Assembly: GCA_032718475.1 (NCBI GenBank)
Contig: JAUCBJ010007412.1
Location: forward strand, 1 to 59,935
From: Nemertoderma westbladi
Lineage: Eukaryota > Animalia > Xenacoelomorpha
Direction of reading: 5' to 3'
DNA length: 59,935 bases
Below are positions 48,706 through 59,935 of the stretch, piece after piece (the stretch's first letter is position 1; every line of letters starts with the position of its first letter). The translations under genes and the position numbers were made by a program. The notes beneath the pieces were generated by a model, which ran no database searches, was not told where the DNA came from, and saw only the letters and a list, made by a program, of their open reading frames with translations.

Positions 48706-51285
48706 CATAATATATTAGTCAGATTAAATTAGAAACGTGTAACGTCTTGATTCGCAACGCGTCAGCGCCGTCACTCTATTGAAAAACAATAAACAAAAAT
48801 GCAAATTGTGTTTGATATATTTGGGAAAATATCCTAGACCAAGTAAGTAAACAACGCTGTCAAGCTTGAAGGTATTGTTTTAACTAAACTGTTGTTCCGA
48901 CTTTGTGCTTTATATGTAGGTATGTGGTCTGCAAATACAAAGGTTCGAGCATAATGCATGTCCAGAATCCGTGGAATCCAGCACTTGTAAAATTTCTGAA
49001 AATTGGCGTTACATGATGGTCCTTGTAACGCCCCTTGTTAGGTAGATAAGTTTGCAAAATTTTGAAATTAGCGGGATGCGTTTGTAATTAATTACGGCTA
49101 AACAGGTATTCCTATACAGATACACTATTTGGGCTTGAGGTTGTACCTTCAACAATGAACGGACATTCTCATGTTCTCATTGTACTTATCATCATGGTCT
49201 CATAGCTTTGCTTCGGTAAGTGGCGTTTTCATTTCAAATTATAAATCTTTTTTGAAGATTTTTTTAATGAAATATAACAAATTGAAAGTATTATTATTAC
49301 TTTAAGGAGGGGGGGGGGGGGGGGGAGGGTTGACTAATTCCGCCGGAAAAAAGGTCATTTTTCCTTTTCAACCCACCCTGGTACAGTTTTTTTTTGAGGA
49401 TTTCAAAACTTCACTCCGTTTGTGAATAGCAAGAAATGAGAAAACCGTGGTAAGAAATGAAATCACCGACCCGCAAAACTCTTGTATCAAATGGACGGAC
49501 AACGTTTCAATAATAAGTAAAATAAATTTTGAACATGACCATTTATCAATATTATGGTCACAGTGTTGTTTCATTATGCCAATGTGCACAAATGATGAAT
49601 TTGGGCGGTTGATGACCATCTCTCTAGAGAATTGGCATAAAAAAAAATAACTGCACAAAGTTTGTTAATTATGTAAAAGAATTAAAAATTTCGAAAAAAT
49701 TTTGGAAATTTTTTTATCCACTTATTGTATACCTGTGTGCCAAATATCAATAAATTTGGTTAAAATGTTAAAGTATCCTCCTAACTAAGATACGTAAATT
49801 TATAGTCAATTAGTGTTGTAATACGAAAAGAAAAAAAAAGAAATTAATTTTATATGAATAGTTGGTATTGAAAATATGTTACAGGGTGGACACTGGACAA
49901 AACCTCGCTTAATTTTACTTTTTTATATTATTATTATAAATAAATAAAAAATATTAGCCAGGAATAGTTTTTATTAATATCACAATAGAAAATAATATTT
50001 ATTAGTATATAGTAAAATAATTAACACAGTACAATTATTTATTAATTAAAATATATTAAAAAACCGAATTAATTTCGCCCTGATGGCTCTTCAGCGCTAA
50101 AATATTTTAAATGGTATTAAATTACTGTGTATAAGAATTATGAGATGAGAGGGTCCAATACAAATATCTGTAAAGAAGTTATAGTTCAATTGTGTCTTTG
50201 TTGAACATATTGTTAGGGCTCCCATTGTTGAGGTTCAGATCAGTGGTGGTTGGGGACCTCCCACCTTTAACATTTCAATGAAGGCTTAAATAAGTTTATA
50301 AAATGGTCTTCATACGTTAGTAATATTGGCAAGTCATCAGATGGGCATTGAAAAAAGGCGCTATAGTAAATTTTCCCGTCCCACACATTTTAATGTGCTC
50401 GTTGCATTTCGTGTGTTTTTGGCTCCTGTCACGTGTGGTTTTTAATTGCACCATGCCCTGTAATATCTTTATATTTAATATAATATTTCAAATATTTTCT
50501 ACAAATCTTAATGAGATTGCATGAAATTTGAAACCGAGTTTCACTCAACTCCTCCTGGGTGGGTGAGCCAGAATTTTTATTTTTGCTTTCATTCTTTAGC
50601 TACCCGTTAGCTACTCTTTAGTGTCTCAGGTGATATTTCACCAGTTACATAGACTGCACTGAACCTTATAGTGATTTGTAGGTACCAATAGAAAGCTGAC
50701 CGTGCAAGGATTCCAGAAATGTAATAACTATTTACTTACTTGTATGTAAAGTAGCACTTTACAGTATGATGATCCGCGTGCTTTGTTACACGAAAGAACG
50801 TAGTGAGTGAGTGAAAATCAAGCCACGAGGATCAGAACACTGTAAAGTACTTTGCAACAAGTATGTATGGAATTTTATACCAAAAGTTTAACTTTACGAA
50901 ATGATTGTATATATATTATAAGTGATAGAAACTGCACAAATTATATTAGTTGCTGTATAAATAAATGTAAAAATGACATAAATTATGTTAGAAAATATAG
51001 TTAGCTTATAATTATGTTAATAGTTAATAGTTTATAGCTACTGGTTTTTAATAGCTACCGGTAGGTAATGCAGTAGGCTTATCTGGCTGTCAGGCATTTA
51101 ATAATAAATACCACTATTGTTTATATCGTAACCATGACGGTGTGACGCCGTCGGGACATTACATAAATAATAATACACCAATACAATACTAAATATACAG
51201 GCCAATACAATGCTGTAATGTCCTCTAAAGTTGTAAAGTGCTAAATAACAACTCGCTGTTAATTCTAACGGCATTGAGTAATGTT

Positions 51286-52942
51286 CAAGGCGTACTATAT
51301 ACAAGGCCATGCCATCGAGTTAATTGGGGGCAAGATTTTTTTTACAACAATTTGATATTTTGATATGGGGAGAGTTCTATAAATTTTCATTCGCTGAAAT
51401 TTGGTCAACGGACGTAATTGAAGCCTCCTCGTTAAGTAAGATACAAAATTTTATGGTAGCTAGTGTTTTAGGTATGTTTAGCTAGTATTTTCGACACTGG
51501 TTCCGACATCCTACTTCCTTCTATAAATATTTTGTAGTAGCTAGTTCTTATTACTATTTGTATAGAAAATGTTCCAGAACATGTTAGCTATTCACTTTTT
51601 TTAAATTATGTTCTAGAACAAATATTTTTTGTTCTAGAACATTTTTTAGAAAAAAATCTGTATTCTATTTAAAACGGATGGTATCGTTCTAAAACGTGTT
51701 TAAAATAAAAAAAAAAATTTTTCACAATATTTTTTTTCACAATTTTTTTTATTGATTTTAAACACGTTATAGAACTATTCCATGCGTTTTAAATAGAATC
51801 CCGATTTTGTTCTAAAAAATATTCTAGAACAAAAAATACTTGTTCTAGAACATATATTTTTTAAAATTTAATAGCTAACATGATCTGGAACATTTTCTAT
51901 ACAAATAGTAAAAAGAACTAGCTACTACAAAATATATCTATACTGTAGAGGGACATAGGATAGCGGAACCAGTGTTGAAATTACTAGCTAAACCTACCTA
52001 ACACACTAGCTACCATAAAATTTTGTATCTTACTTAACGAGGAGGCTTCAATTACGTCCATTGACCAAATTGCAGCAAATGAAAATTTATAGATCTCTCC
52101 CCATATCAAAATATCAAATTGTTGTTAAAAATAATCTTTCCCCCAGTCACCGTCACTATTAGTATAGAAAATGTTCCCGAAGATGTTAGCTATTCACTTT
52201 TTTTTTAATTATGTTCTAGAACAAATATTTTTTGTTCTAGAACATTTTTTAGAAAAAAATCTGTATTCTATTTAAAACGGATGGAATCGTTCTAAAACGT
52301 GTTTAAAATAAAAAAAAAAAATTTTTCACAATATTTTTTTTCACAATTTTTTTTATTGATTTTAAACACGTTTTAGAACTAACACTACCCGGTTAAAAAG
52401 TACGCATATGATGGGATTAGTCCTACAATTGCGCCAATAAAAGATAAGTTATTTTCGGTAAAATAAACTTATCATTCGAGGTAAAGACCCCTAGATCCCT
52501 TCCTATAATAAATGTATAATGCGTTTTAAATAGAATCCCGATTTTGTTCTAAAAAATATTCTAGAACAAAAAATACTTGTTCTAGAACATAAATTTTTTA
52601 AAAATTAATAGCTAACGTCATGATCTGGAACATTTTCTATACAAATAGTATTAAGAACTAGCTACTACAAAATATATCTATACTGTCGAGGGAAGTAGGA
52701 TAGCGGAACCAGTGTTGAAATTACTAGCTAAACCTACCTAAAACACTAGCTACCATAAAATTTTGTATCTTACTTAACGGGGAGGCTTCAATGACGTCCA
52801 TTGACCAAATTGCAGCAAATGAAAATTTATAGAACTCTCCCCATATCAAAATATCAAATTGTTGTTAAAAATAATCTTGCCCCCAGTCACCGCCCCCAGT
52901 AAAGTCAATGTCATGGCCTTGTACTGTATATAGTACGCCTTG
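51286..52942. mobile_element. Foldback element: ~820-bp palindrome plus partial tandem duplicate
   Basis: ~51325-52145 is self-complementary; ~52157-52885 repeats its last ~590 bp with a ~130-bp insert; outer ends caaggcgtactatatac / gtatatagtacgccttg. Confidence 0.85.
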
Positions 52943-54037
52943 GAAATAGCTAAGATATGAGCGTTCAAATGTTGCATGGTTTTTGCACCTGCACGAGGCT
53001 GTTTTATTCTATTAAATAAAATCACCATATTCTAGAACATGTTGTTTATGTATGAATAGCTACATAATAGGGTAGGTACTTAAAGAGCAACACGACCAAA
53101 CACAGTCGAACATACCCGAACACACACCAAATACTGACGAACACAATCGAACACAGTCAAAAATAGAAAGAGCACAAAACAATAACACCGGGTACCAACG
53201 TTTAGATAAAATTAGCCACTAGTCCGGCAGCCACAATGGTATACCGAAAATTTTTGGACGGATTCAATTTTTTTAATGTTTTGAGTTCTATAGGTCCCAC
53301 TTAATGAGGAAATGGCGATTATAACATTTTTGACTTTGGGCATTTTGAAATAACGACCTAGTTGCTAAGGACCACGTAATTCTCATTTAAAGCATAGCAA
53401 CTGCAAACAACATGTCATAATGGATTGAAATCTTCTACAATCTTCGTCAATATAGTTTATTTACGAAATAATGTCAATCTTTTTTGTATTTTTTTTGTAT
53501 CTGGTAAAAAAAATAGCTACTAAAATCTCAAAAATTGATCATTATTTAAAAGTCAATCGATAAAAATTTGTTAACGGGCCGGTAACTACTGTACATAGTT
53601 AACGGGTCGGGACTAGAGTCATCCGACTCCCTTACAGGTTGACAGGAGTTTACCTAGGTAATGCCAAGCAAACTACTGTATAAACGAATTTAAGTTCCAT
53701 GAATTGTAAGAAATCCACGCATTCACTAGCTATGCTAATAACCCAACCAAACAGGAATATTGGACCTACCTTATCACATGTGGATGAAGCGGATCATTCT
53801 ATACTGAGATTGACCAAAAAGGAAATGTCAAAAGAACTAGATTATAACATAGATATCAAGAGTTATACTGGTTATAGAGTTATACTATTATTATTTCAAA
53901 TGCTAATGCCTTTCCATTAAAATTTTGGCGGGGTCTGCTATTGGTCTACATCGAGCTAAATGTATTGACCATGAGTTCCTCAAAGATGTCACTATGTAAT
54001 TTGGTATTTTCCTGTTCAGTACGGTGGACTTATATTA

Positions 54038-54920
54038 AGGGGGATGCATACATTAATGAGTTTCATTGGATCCATATGAAGTTTAATGGTTGAAACCGGC
54101 CTCTCTGAAGTGTATCGTGTGTATTTTGGCGGTGTTTCGAAGATGTTATCGGGGAAAAAGTTTCCACAGAACATGCGCGCTATGCTCATTTTCGCAGATA
54201 AATATTCTGTATTTCTTCTATTATTACATTTTTATCTGAGGGAAAGAACAGGTATAACCAATTCAATTTTCATAAAATCCCCATTAAAAAACCGTACCAC
54301 AGTAATAGACGTGGGCGATACAGTAAAAATGTATCGTGGTATCATAGGAAATCTTTTGGGAGGCCATTCGATTATCTGGTTGTGACATGGTTGCGAGTAT
54401 GTTGGGGATTGGCAAAGCGAAAGTCATCAAGGCTTTGGAGAAAGGACTCACTCTTACTTGTTTGGGGGATATGGAAGCACCGCAATCTACAGTCTTAATG
54501 GAATGTACTAACTTTATAACTGACTGGCGTGACTGCTATGGATATGACTCAGACAACGTGACCCAGTCACGACAAAAGGTGTGCACAGAAAAAAACAATT
54601 TCCAGCTGTGCAAAGCTGCAAACAATACCACCAACCAATGACTCCTTCTCAGAGAACGTGAAAAGAGCCCATTTGCAAGTAAAGGTGTGGAAGAACTCAA
54701 TGGAAATTAGACCCCCTAGTGTAGACCCCAGAAAATATGGGTGGAGAATAGCTAACAATCAACTTTTCCCGATTGCAATCCCTGAGGGCATACCACCAGC
54801 TCCGGATTGCATTTTGCAATTAATTCGGTGTAACTGTTAATCCAAAATCCAATGTAAATCGCAGAAGTGCACCTGCAGAAAAAACCAACCTGATTGCACA
54901 GAATTTTGCAACTGCAATAA
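54038..54920 (+). pseudogene. Academ transposase remnant with C-terminal Cys-rich (CXC) region
   Basis: GGMHTLMSFIGSI, MLSGKKFPQNMRA, SGCD...GIGK, IPPT...KRAHLQVKVWK, DPRKYGW, IRCNC...CTCRK...CTEFCNC across stops and frameshifts. Confidence 0.88.
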
Positions 54921-55059
54921 AGATTCATGCGCAAACTTTTCGTAATCTCATATTGTATTATAATCAAACAATGAATAATATAAAATGCATAGTCTCCATG
55001 TTCGCCATGCATTAAATAAATTTTGTATGTTTAGCATTAAAAAGGTGTTATAAACAAGC

Positions 55060-55270
55060 GAGTCAATGGCGCGAAATGACCGCAAACACAAAATAAATTT
55101 TAGTGGGTTTTAAAAATTGGTTTAATTTAATTAAAAACATTAAGGGAAACGAGAAGGTTACAGTGGCGATGTTTTCTAACCAAAACAATAAACTATGCAT
55201 TATTTCACTTGCGGTCAATTAGCGATGAAGATCACTATTTTCACTTGCGGTCAAAGTGCGCCACTATCTG
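55060..55270. mobile_element. Small MITE with one core unit, inserted in the Academ
   Basis: tggcgcgaaatgaccgcaa / ttgcggtcaaagtgcgcca; direct repeat aaacaagc at 55052-55059 and 55271-55278. Confidence 0.7.
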
Positions 55271-56072
55271 AAACAAGCAGGAAACAAATTACTTATATAT
55301 ACATTTTAAAGTAATAATTTTTTGTCAAGGTTTTAAATGCTTCCGATGTGATGTCCGCAGTAAATTACTGTGGTTTCCATGAATACGGGTATTTGTTGCT
55401 AAACATATTTCTACACAAAATTGATGTTGTGCATATTATTTAGGGAAACATATTATTAATAAAGTGCACAGACGAAACAAAAAACACATGAGTGTCAGTA
55501 GGCATAGTAGTTTTTCCTTGGAAAGATAGAGCGATAGTTGTAGTGCCTTCGTTACCATAGCAACACTTCAATAGTTTCTCTAAAATTTTCATATTTTCGA
55601 TCAAAATTACCACCAGTTCAAGCCCACCAGTTAATCGCCATTCTGATTGCTAAGCTTTCAAAGAAATTGCTGTAGTCCATAGAAACGGGTCATTAATTCA
55701 AATTGCCCAAGGTGTCAAAGTCCATAAATCACTTTTTTATGTTAAGTGGGACCCCTAGACACCAAAACATCCAAAAAATGTAATCCGTCCAAAAATTTTC
55801 GGTTGGGCCAAAAAGAGGTACGTGGCTGCCGGACTACACGTGTTACTTTTCTATAAGTAATTTCCCGAAATTATTGAATACATTTGTCGCGAAATTAAAT
55901 ATTCAGGTACCGGTAGCTGTGTTGTACCGACACCGTACGTCATGTACGTACGGTAACCGGTGGTAGGCCTAACTTCCTAATTCATATCTTCAGCAATCAG
56001 TCCCAGCCCAAGCTGTTGCAGTGCACAGGCAAACAGGCCTATTAGCTAACCCGCTATTAGGCCTACTACATA

Positions 56073-58571
56073 CGCAATAATTTTCTTGTCCGTTTAAATC
56101 ACTCATAATGTCCTCTTTTTTTACTTTTTATGTCCGCCAGAAATCTACCGTTAGGTTCCATGCTACCGGTTTCTCTACTGCTGTTCTCTTAGGCTATCAG
56201 TACCGGTATTTGTATATAGAGCAGTATTTTGCAGTATTGCTGTATTGTATGTAGGTATAAAGCCTATGCCTATAATTATATAGCATTATAATAGTCAGCT
56301 ACTGTACAATAGATACAGTACTGATACCGGTACTCTGATATGTAGCTTAAACAGTTGTAAATGAGATAATGATGGTAATTAATAAACTTATTTCAAAATT
56401 TTAGTACCGGCTGACCGCGCTACCTTTTAAATAATTAATAAATTTTAGATAATTGATACATATCTGGATAATGCATTTAAAATAGATCATGACTAGGGCC
56501 TACTGCAATGTTATGGGCAGCTGTAGTGGTACCTCTAAATCTATAATGTAGTTCTAAACTAACAGATCAGTCCACATACAATGTTTTCTGGTTTTAACTA
56601 AAAAGCATAGAGGTTGTCCCAATAAAGGATATATACAACTGTACACAATGTAAAATAATGCCGCCATATACTGCTCATTTTCCTCAATTGGTAAAGTGGT
56701 ATCGTTTATTGTTTTGGTTAGGAAATTCCGTTTCTGTAACCTGCTCCTTTCCCCAATTGCTAAAGTGATCGTTTATTGTTTTGGTTAGAAACACCCGCTT
56801 CTGTAACGCTACACTCCCTCAATTGGTAATTGTGATTGTTTATTATTGTTTTTGTTAGAAAGAAAAGCCCGCCTCTGTAACATGCTCCTTTCCCCCAATT
56901 GTTAAAGTGACCGTTTATTGTTTTAGTTAGAAAAGCCCGCCTCTGTAACCTGCTCCTTTCCCTGAATTAGTTAAGTGATCGTTTATTGTTTTGGTTAGAA
57001 TATCCCGCCTCTGTAACCTGCTCATTTCCCTCAATTAGTTAAATGATCGTTTATTGTTTTGGTTAGAAAATTCAGTTTCTGTAACCTGCTCCTTTCCCCA
57101 ATAGCTAAAGTGATCATTGTGATCAAAGTTTCTTTAACCTGCTACTTTCCCTTAATTGGTAATTGTGATTGTTTATTATTGTTTTGGTAAGAAAGAAAGG
57201 CCCGCCTCTGTAACCTGCTCCTTTCCCCCAATTGGTAAAGTTTCCGTTTATTGTTTTTAGTTAGAAAAGCCCGCCTCTGTAACCTGCTCCTTTCCCTCAA
57301 TTAGTTAAGTGATCCTTTATTGTTTTGGTTAGAAAATCCCGCCTCTGTAACCTGCTCATTTCCCTGATTTGGTAAAGTGAGCGTTTATTGTTTTGGTTAG
57401 AAAGCCCGTCTCTGTAACCTGCTCCTTTCCTTCACTTGGTAAAGTGACTGTTTATTGTTTTGGTTAGAAAATCCCGCCTCTGTAACCTTCTCCTTTCCCT
57501 CAATTAGTTAAATGATCGTTTATTGTTTTGGTTAGAAAATCCCAACTCTATAACCTGCTCCTTTTCCTGATTTGGTAAAGTGACCGTTTATTGTTTTGGT
57601 TAGAAAGGCCCGCCTCTGTAACCTGCTCCTTTCCTTTATTTGGTAAAGTGATTGTTTATTGTTTTGGTTAGAAAATCCCGGCTCTGTAACCTGCTCCTTT
57701 CCCTCAATTAGTTAAATGATCGTTTATTGTTTTGGTTAGAAAATCCGTCCTCTGTAACCTGCTCATTTCCCTAATTTGGTAAAGTGACCGTTTATTGTTT
57801 TGGTTAGAAAGTTCGCCTCTGTAACCTGCTCCTTACCTTCATTTGGTAAAGTGATTGTTTATTGTTTTGGTTAGAAAATCCTGCCTCTGTAACCTGCTCC
57901 TTTCCCTCAATTAGTTAAATGATCGTTTATTGTTTTGGTTAGAAAATCCGCATCTATAACATGCTCCTATCCCTGATTTGGTAAAGTGACCGTTTATTGT
58001 TTTGGTTAAAAAGGCCCGCCTCTGTAAACCTGCTCATTTCCTTCATTTGGTAAAGTAACTGTTTATGGTTTTGGTTAGAAAATCCCGCCTCTCTAACCTG
58101 CTCCTTTCCATCAATTGGTAATTGTTTTTGGCTATATAATGAGTGTTTTGCTACGTCATATGGTAATCGATTATCGACAACAACCACAAACTCTTAAATT
58201 TAGAGTCTTTTACCACAGGCGCATATGGAAATCTATCTCATAGTCTATAAATCATGGAATTTTGAATGTTTTGCCACAATTATTGTAAATTAAACTGTCT
58301 GACAGTCAAGAAATCAACAAATTGTGAATGTTTTGGCACAGTCATAGTGAAATCAACTGTCAGACAGTCCAGAAATCAACAAATTTTGAATGTTTTGGCA
58401 TATGCATGTTGAAATCGACTGTCTGACAGTCCAGATATCAGCAGTCTGACAGTTTGAAGAAATACGTACATAAAAAGTCATTAAAAAAAAGGGATACAAA
58501 AGTCATTAAGCACAATTCGTAAAAAAAAAGGCGGACAAAAAAAGTAAAAAAAAAAGTAAAAAATCACTGCC
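56073..58571. mobile_element. MULE-like non-autonomous element, copy 2
   Basis: Same ends as 43418-45673; 9-bp flanks tactacata and tactatatg (7/9). Confidence 0.85.
56670..58120. repeat. 68-bp tandem repeat, ~21 copies, with a trimeric higher-order repeat
   Basis: Same unit as 44675-45310; three monomer variants cycle from ~57290 to ~58100. Confidence 0.95.
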
Positions 58572-59309
58572 TACTATATGTGACAGGTTCCCGGTAGGCT
58601 TCCCTAGATAGTTTGTTGTACAGTATACAGCAGTACACAACAAATTAAGAACATTTTGTTTCCAACCTACCGGTAGACGACATGATACCTGTTATAATCA
58701 GCTGATCTGATAAGAAATTAATATTTAATTTCGCGACGATTTTATTCAATAATTTCTAGAATTTACTTATAGAAAAGCAACGCTTGGCTAATTTTATCTA
58801 AACGCTGGTACCCGGTGTTATTATTTTACGTGCTATTTTTATTTTCGACTGTGTACGATTGATTGTGTTCTTCAGTTTTTGGAGTGTGTTCGGGTGTGTT
58901 GCTCTTTAAGTACCTTCCACATAATAGTAGAATAAATTGATGAAAATAACATTCGAATGTCCATATCTCAGCTATTACCCAATCAATTTCTAATATTTTT
59001 ACATTTCTGGAAGCTTTCTATTGGTACAACGAAAGGAAATCACGATTAGGTCCAAGAATAACTACAGTGTAACTGGTGAAATATCACCGGAGACACCTTT
59101 TTCAAACGCTTGTACAGTAGCTAAAGAATGGAAGCAAAAATTAAAATTCTGGCTCTTCCTCTCCCACCCAGGAGGAGTTGAGTGAAACTCTGTTTTAAAT
59201 TTCATGCAATCTCATTAAGATTTGCATAAATTTTTTTTGGGGGGGGGAGGGGGGGGGGGGGGGTGGGCTGGCTGGGGGTGGGTGAGACTTGTAGCAGAAT
59301 AACGACACT

Positions 59310-59935
59310 ATATTTCAGGGCATTGTGTGTAGTTCGATGTCTAAAGATCATTGTTTGTCCAATATATTCCTCTTTGCATCCTTTAAACGTCATTACGTAA
59401 TGCTGTTACTAGCTAATCACTTTTTGATTTATATTTATTTACATCGGGTGTCAGTTTCATTAAACAACTTTCCTCAATATCTTACCAAATAAATGTCACA
59501 GTATAAGGTTTTGAAAGGACGTAGGGCTTAAGGGGTCTTAACACCACGAGTTAAAATAAATAGAGTTTGCCGACAGCCGTTTCACCCTCACGGGCTTCGT
59601 GAGGTGTCGTATAAGGTGATCGGTGAACTTGTCAAACACATACCACCGGAGGAAACACGAAGGCTGATCTCTCTCGGCTGTTACATTTGCTGCTTCGTTT
59701 TTCTCCGTGTTATAATCCAAGATGTCGATATTTTGATGTTCCAACTCATTATTAATTACACACAAGTGCGATAATGGAAAAGACCCATGGACACTATTTA
59801 TTGCACGATTAATATTTAATGTTATATAAGTTATTCAATATTGGAGTCCGTTTAGTTAGATCCTGTGGATATCCGGAATATGGCGTGGCCGAATATGATA
59901 GGGGTTGCTTAATGATTAATTATCTTACTTATTAC
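59310..59935 (-). mobile_element. Degenerate Penelope-like element fragment (GIY-YIG end)
   Basis: YVMTFKGCKEEYIGQT...RHRTTH on the - strand, with an upstream SGYPQ near 59870; heavily decayed. Confidence 0.5.

Larger units (their letters stand above)
53220..55836 (+). mobile_element. Academ DNA transposon, internally deleted
   Basis: TAG-starting TIR tagtccggcagccac / gtggctgccggacta with longer inner symmetry; 3-bp TSD cac (53217-53219, 55837-55839). Confidence 0.9.
53071..58918. mobile_element. MULE-like foldback element hosting Academ and MULE insertions
   Basis: Ends ggtaggtacttaaagagcaacac / gtgttgctctttaagtaccttcc; perfect 9-bp TSD acataatag (53062-53070, 58919-58927); the left arm resumes after the Academ at 55840. 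Confidence 0.88.
50500..59226. mobile_element. Large inverted-arm pair enclosing the 51-59 kb nested stack
   Basis: ~50500-50700 is the reverse complement of ~59010-59226 (caaatcttaatgagattgcatgaaattt...); ~52945-52972 continues the match to ~58948-58976; a related copy lies at ~29978-30160; TSD not found. Confidence 0.6.

Noticed and set aside
48730-49250. Coding-like stretch downstream of OSBPL
   Set aside because: Multiple stops in the frames examined and no motif I could recognise.
56670-58120. CRISPR-like look of conserved blocks with variable linkers (also 44675-45310 and 6995-8426)
   Set aside because: The linkers are homologous variants, not unique spacers; no cas genes; eukaryotic context.
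53080-58909. Kolobok/piggyBac call from TTAA at 53080-53083 and 58906-58909
   Set aside because: The inverted symmetry continues beyond TTAA to a perfect 9-bp TSD, so TTAA is internal to the TIR.

Overview
Eukaryotic (metazoan, probably bilaterian invertebrate) genomic DNA: AT-rich, with TTAGGG-type motifs and densely packed transposons. It holds three conserved host genes, each with an intron-free coding region: insulin-degrading enzyme IDE (1544-4645, -), CWH43/PGAP2IP (31830-33986, +) and an OSBPL10/11-type PH+ORD lipid-transfer protein (45954-48235, +, one frameshift near 47985). Most of the remainder resolves, by terminal inverted repeats (TIRs) and target-site duplications (TSDs), into nested transposon stacks: RTE, L2, CRE-like and Penelope-like retroelements plus hAT, MULE/foldback, PIF/Harbinger, Tc1/mariner-like, Ginger1, IS3EU, Academ and Helentron-associated DNA elements. 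The main cross-cutting signals are: (1) pervasive 5-6 bp TA-duplicating micro-insertions (TA to TACAGTA/TACTGTA/TAGGCCTA/TACCGTA), shown by comparing repeat arms and copies, which stack serially, form dense clusters and break ORFs; (2) intronless CDSs with splice-acceptor-like sites just before the ATG; (3) a transposon-borne array of bipartite CTCF-like sites; (4) a 68-bp unit shared by unrelated DNA transposons and developing higher-order satellite structure. No rRNA, tRNA or CRISPR array was recognised. All coordinates were read by eye; element ends without a TSD are approximate.
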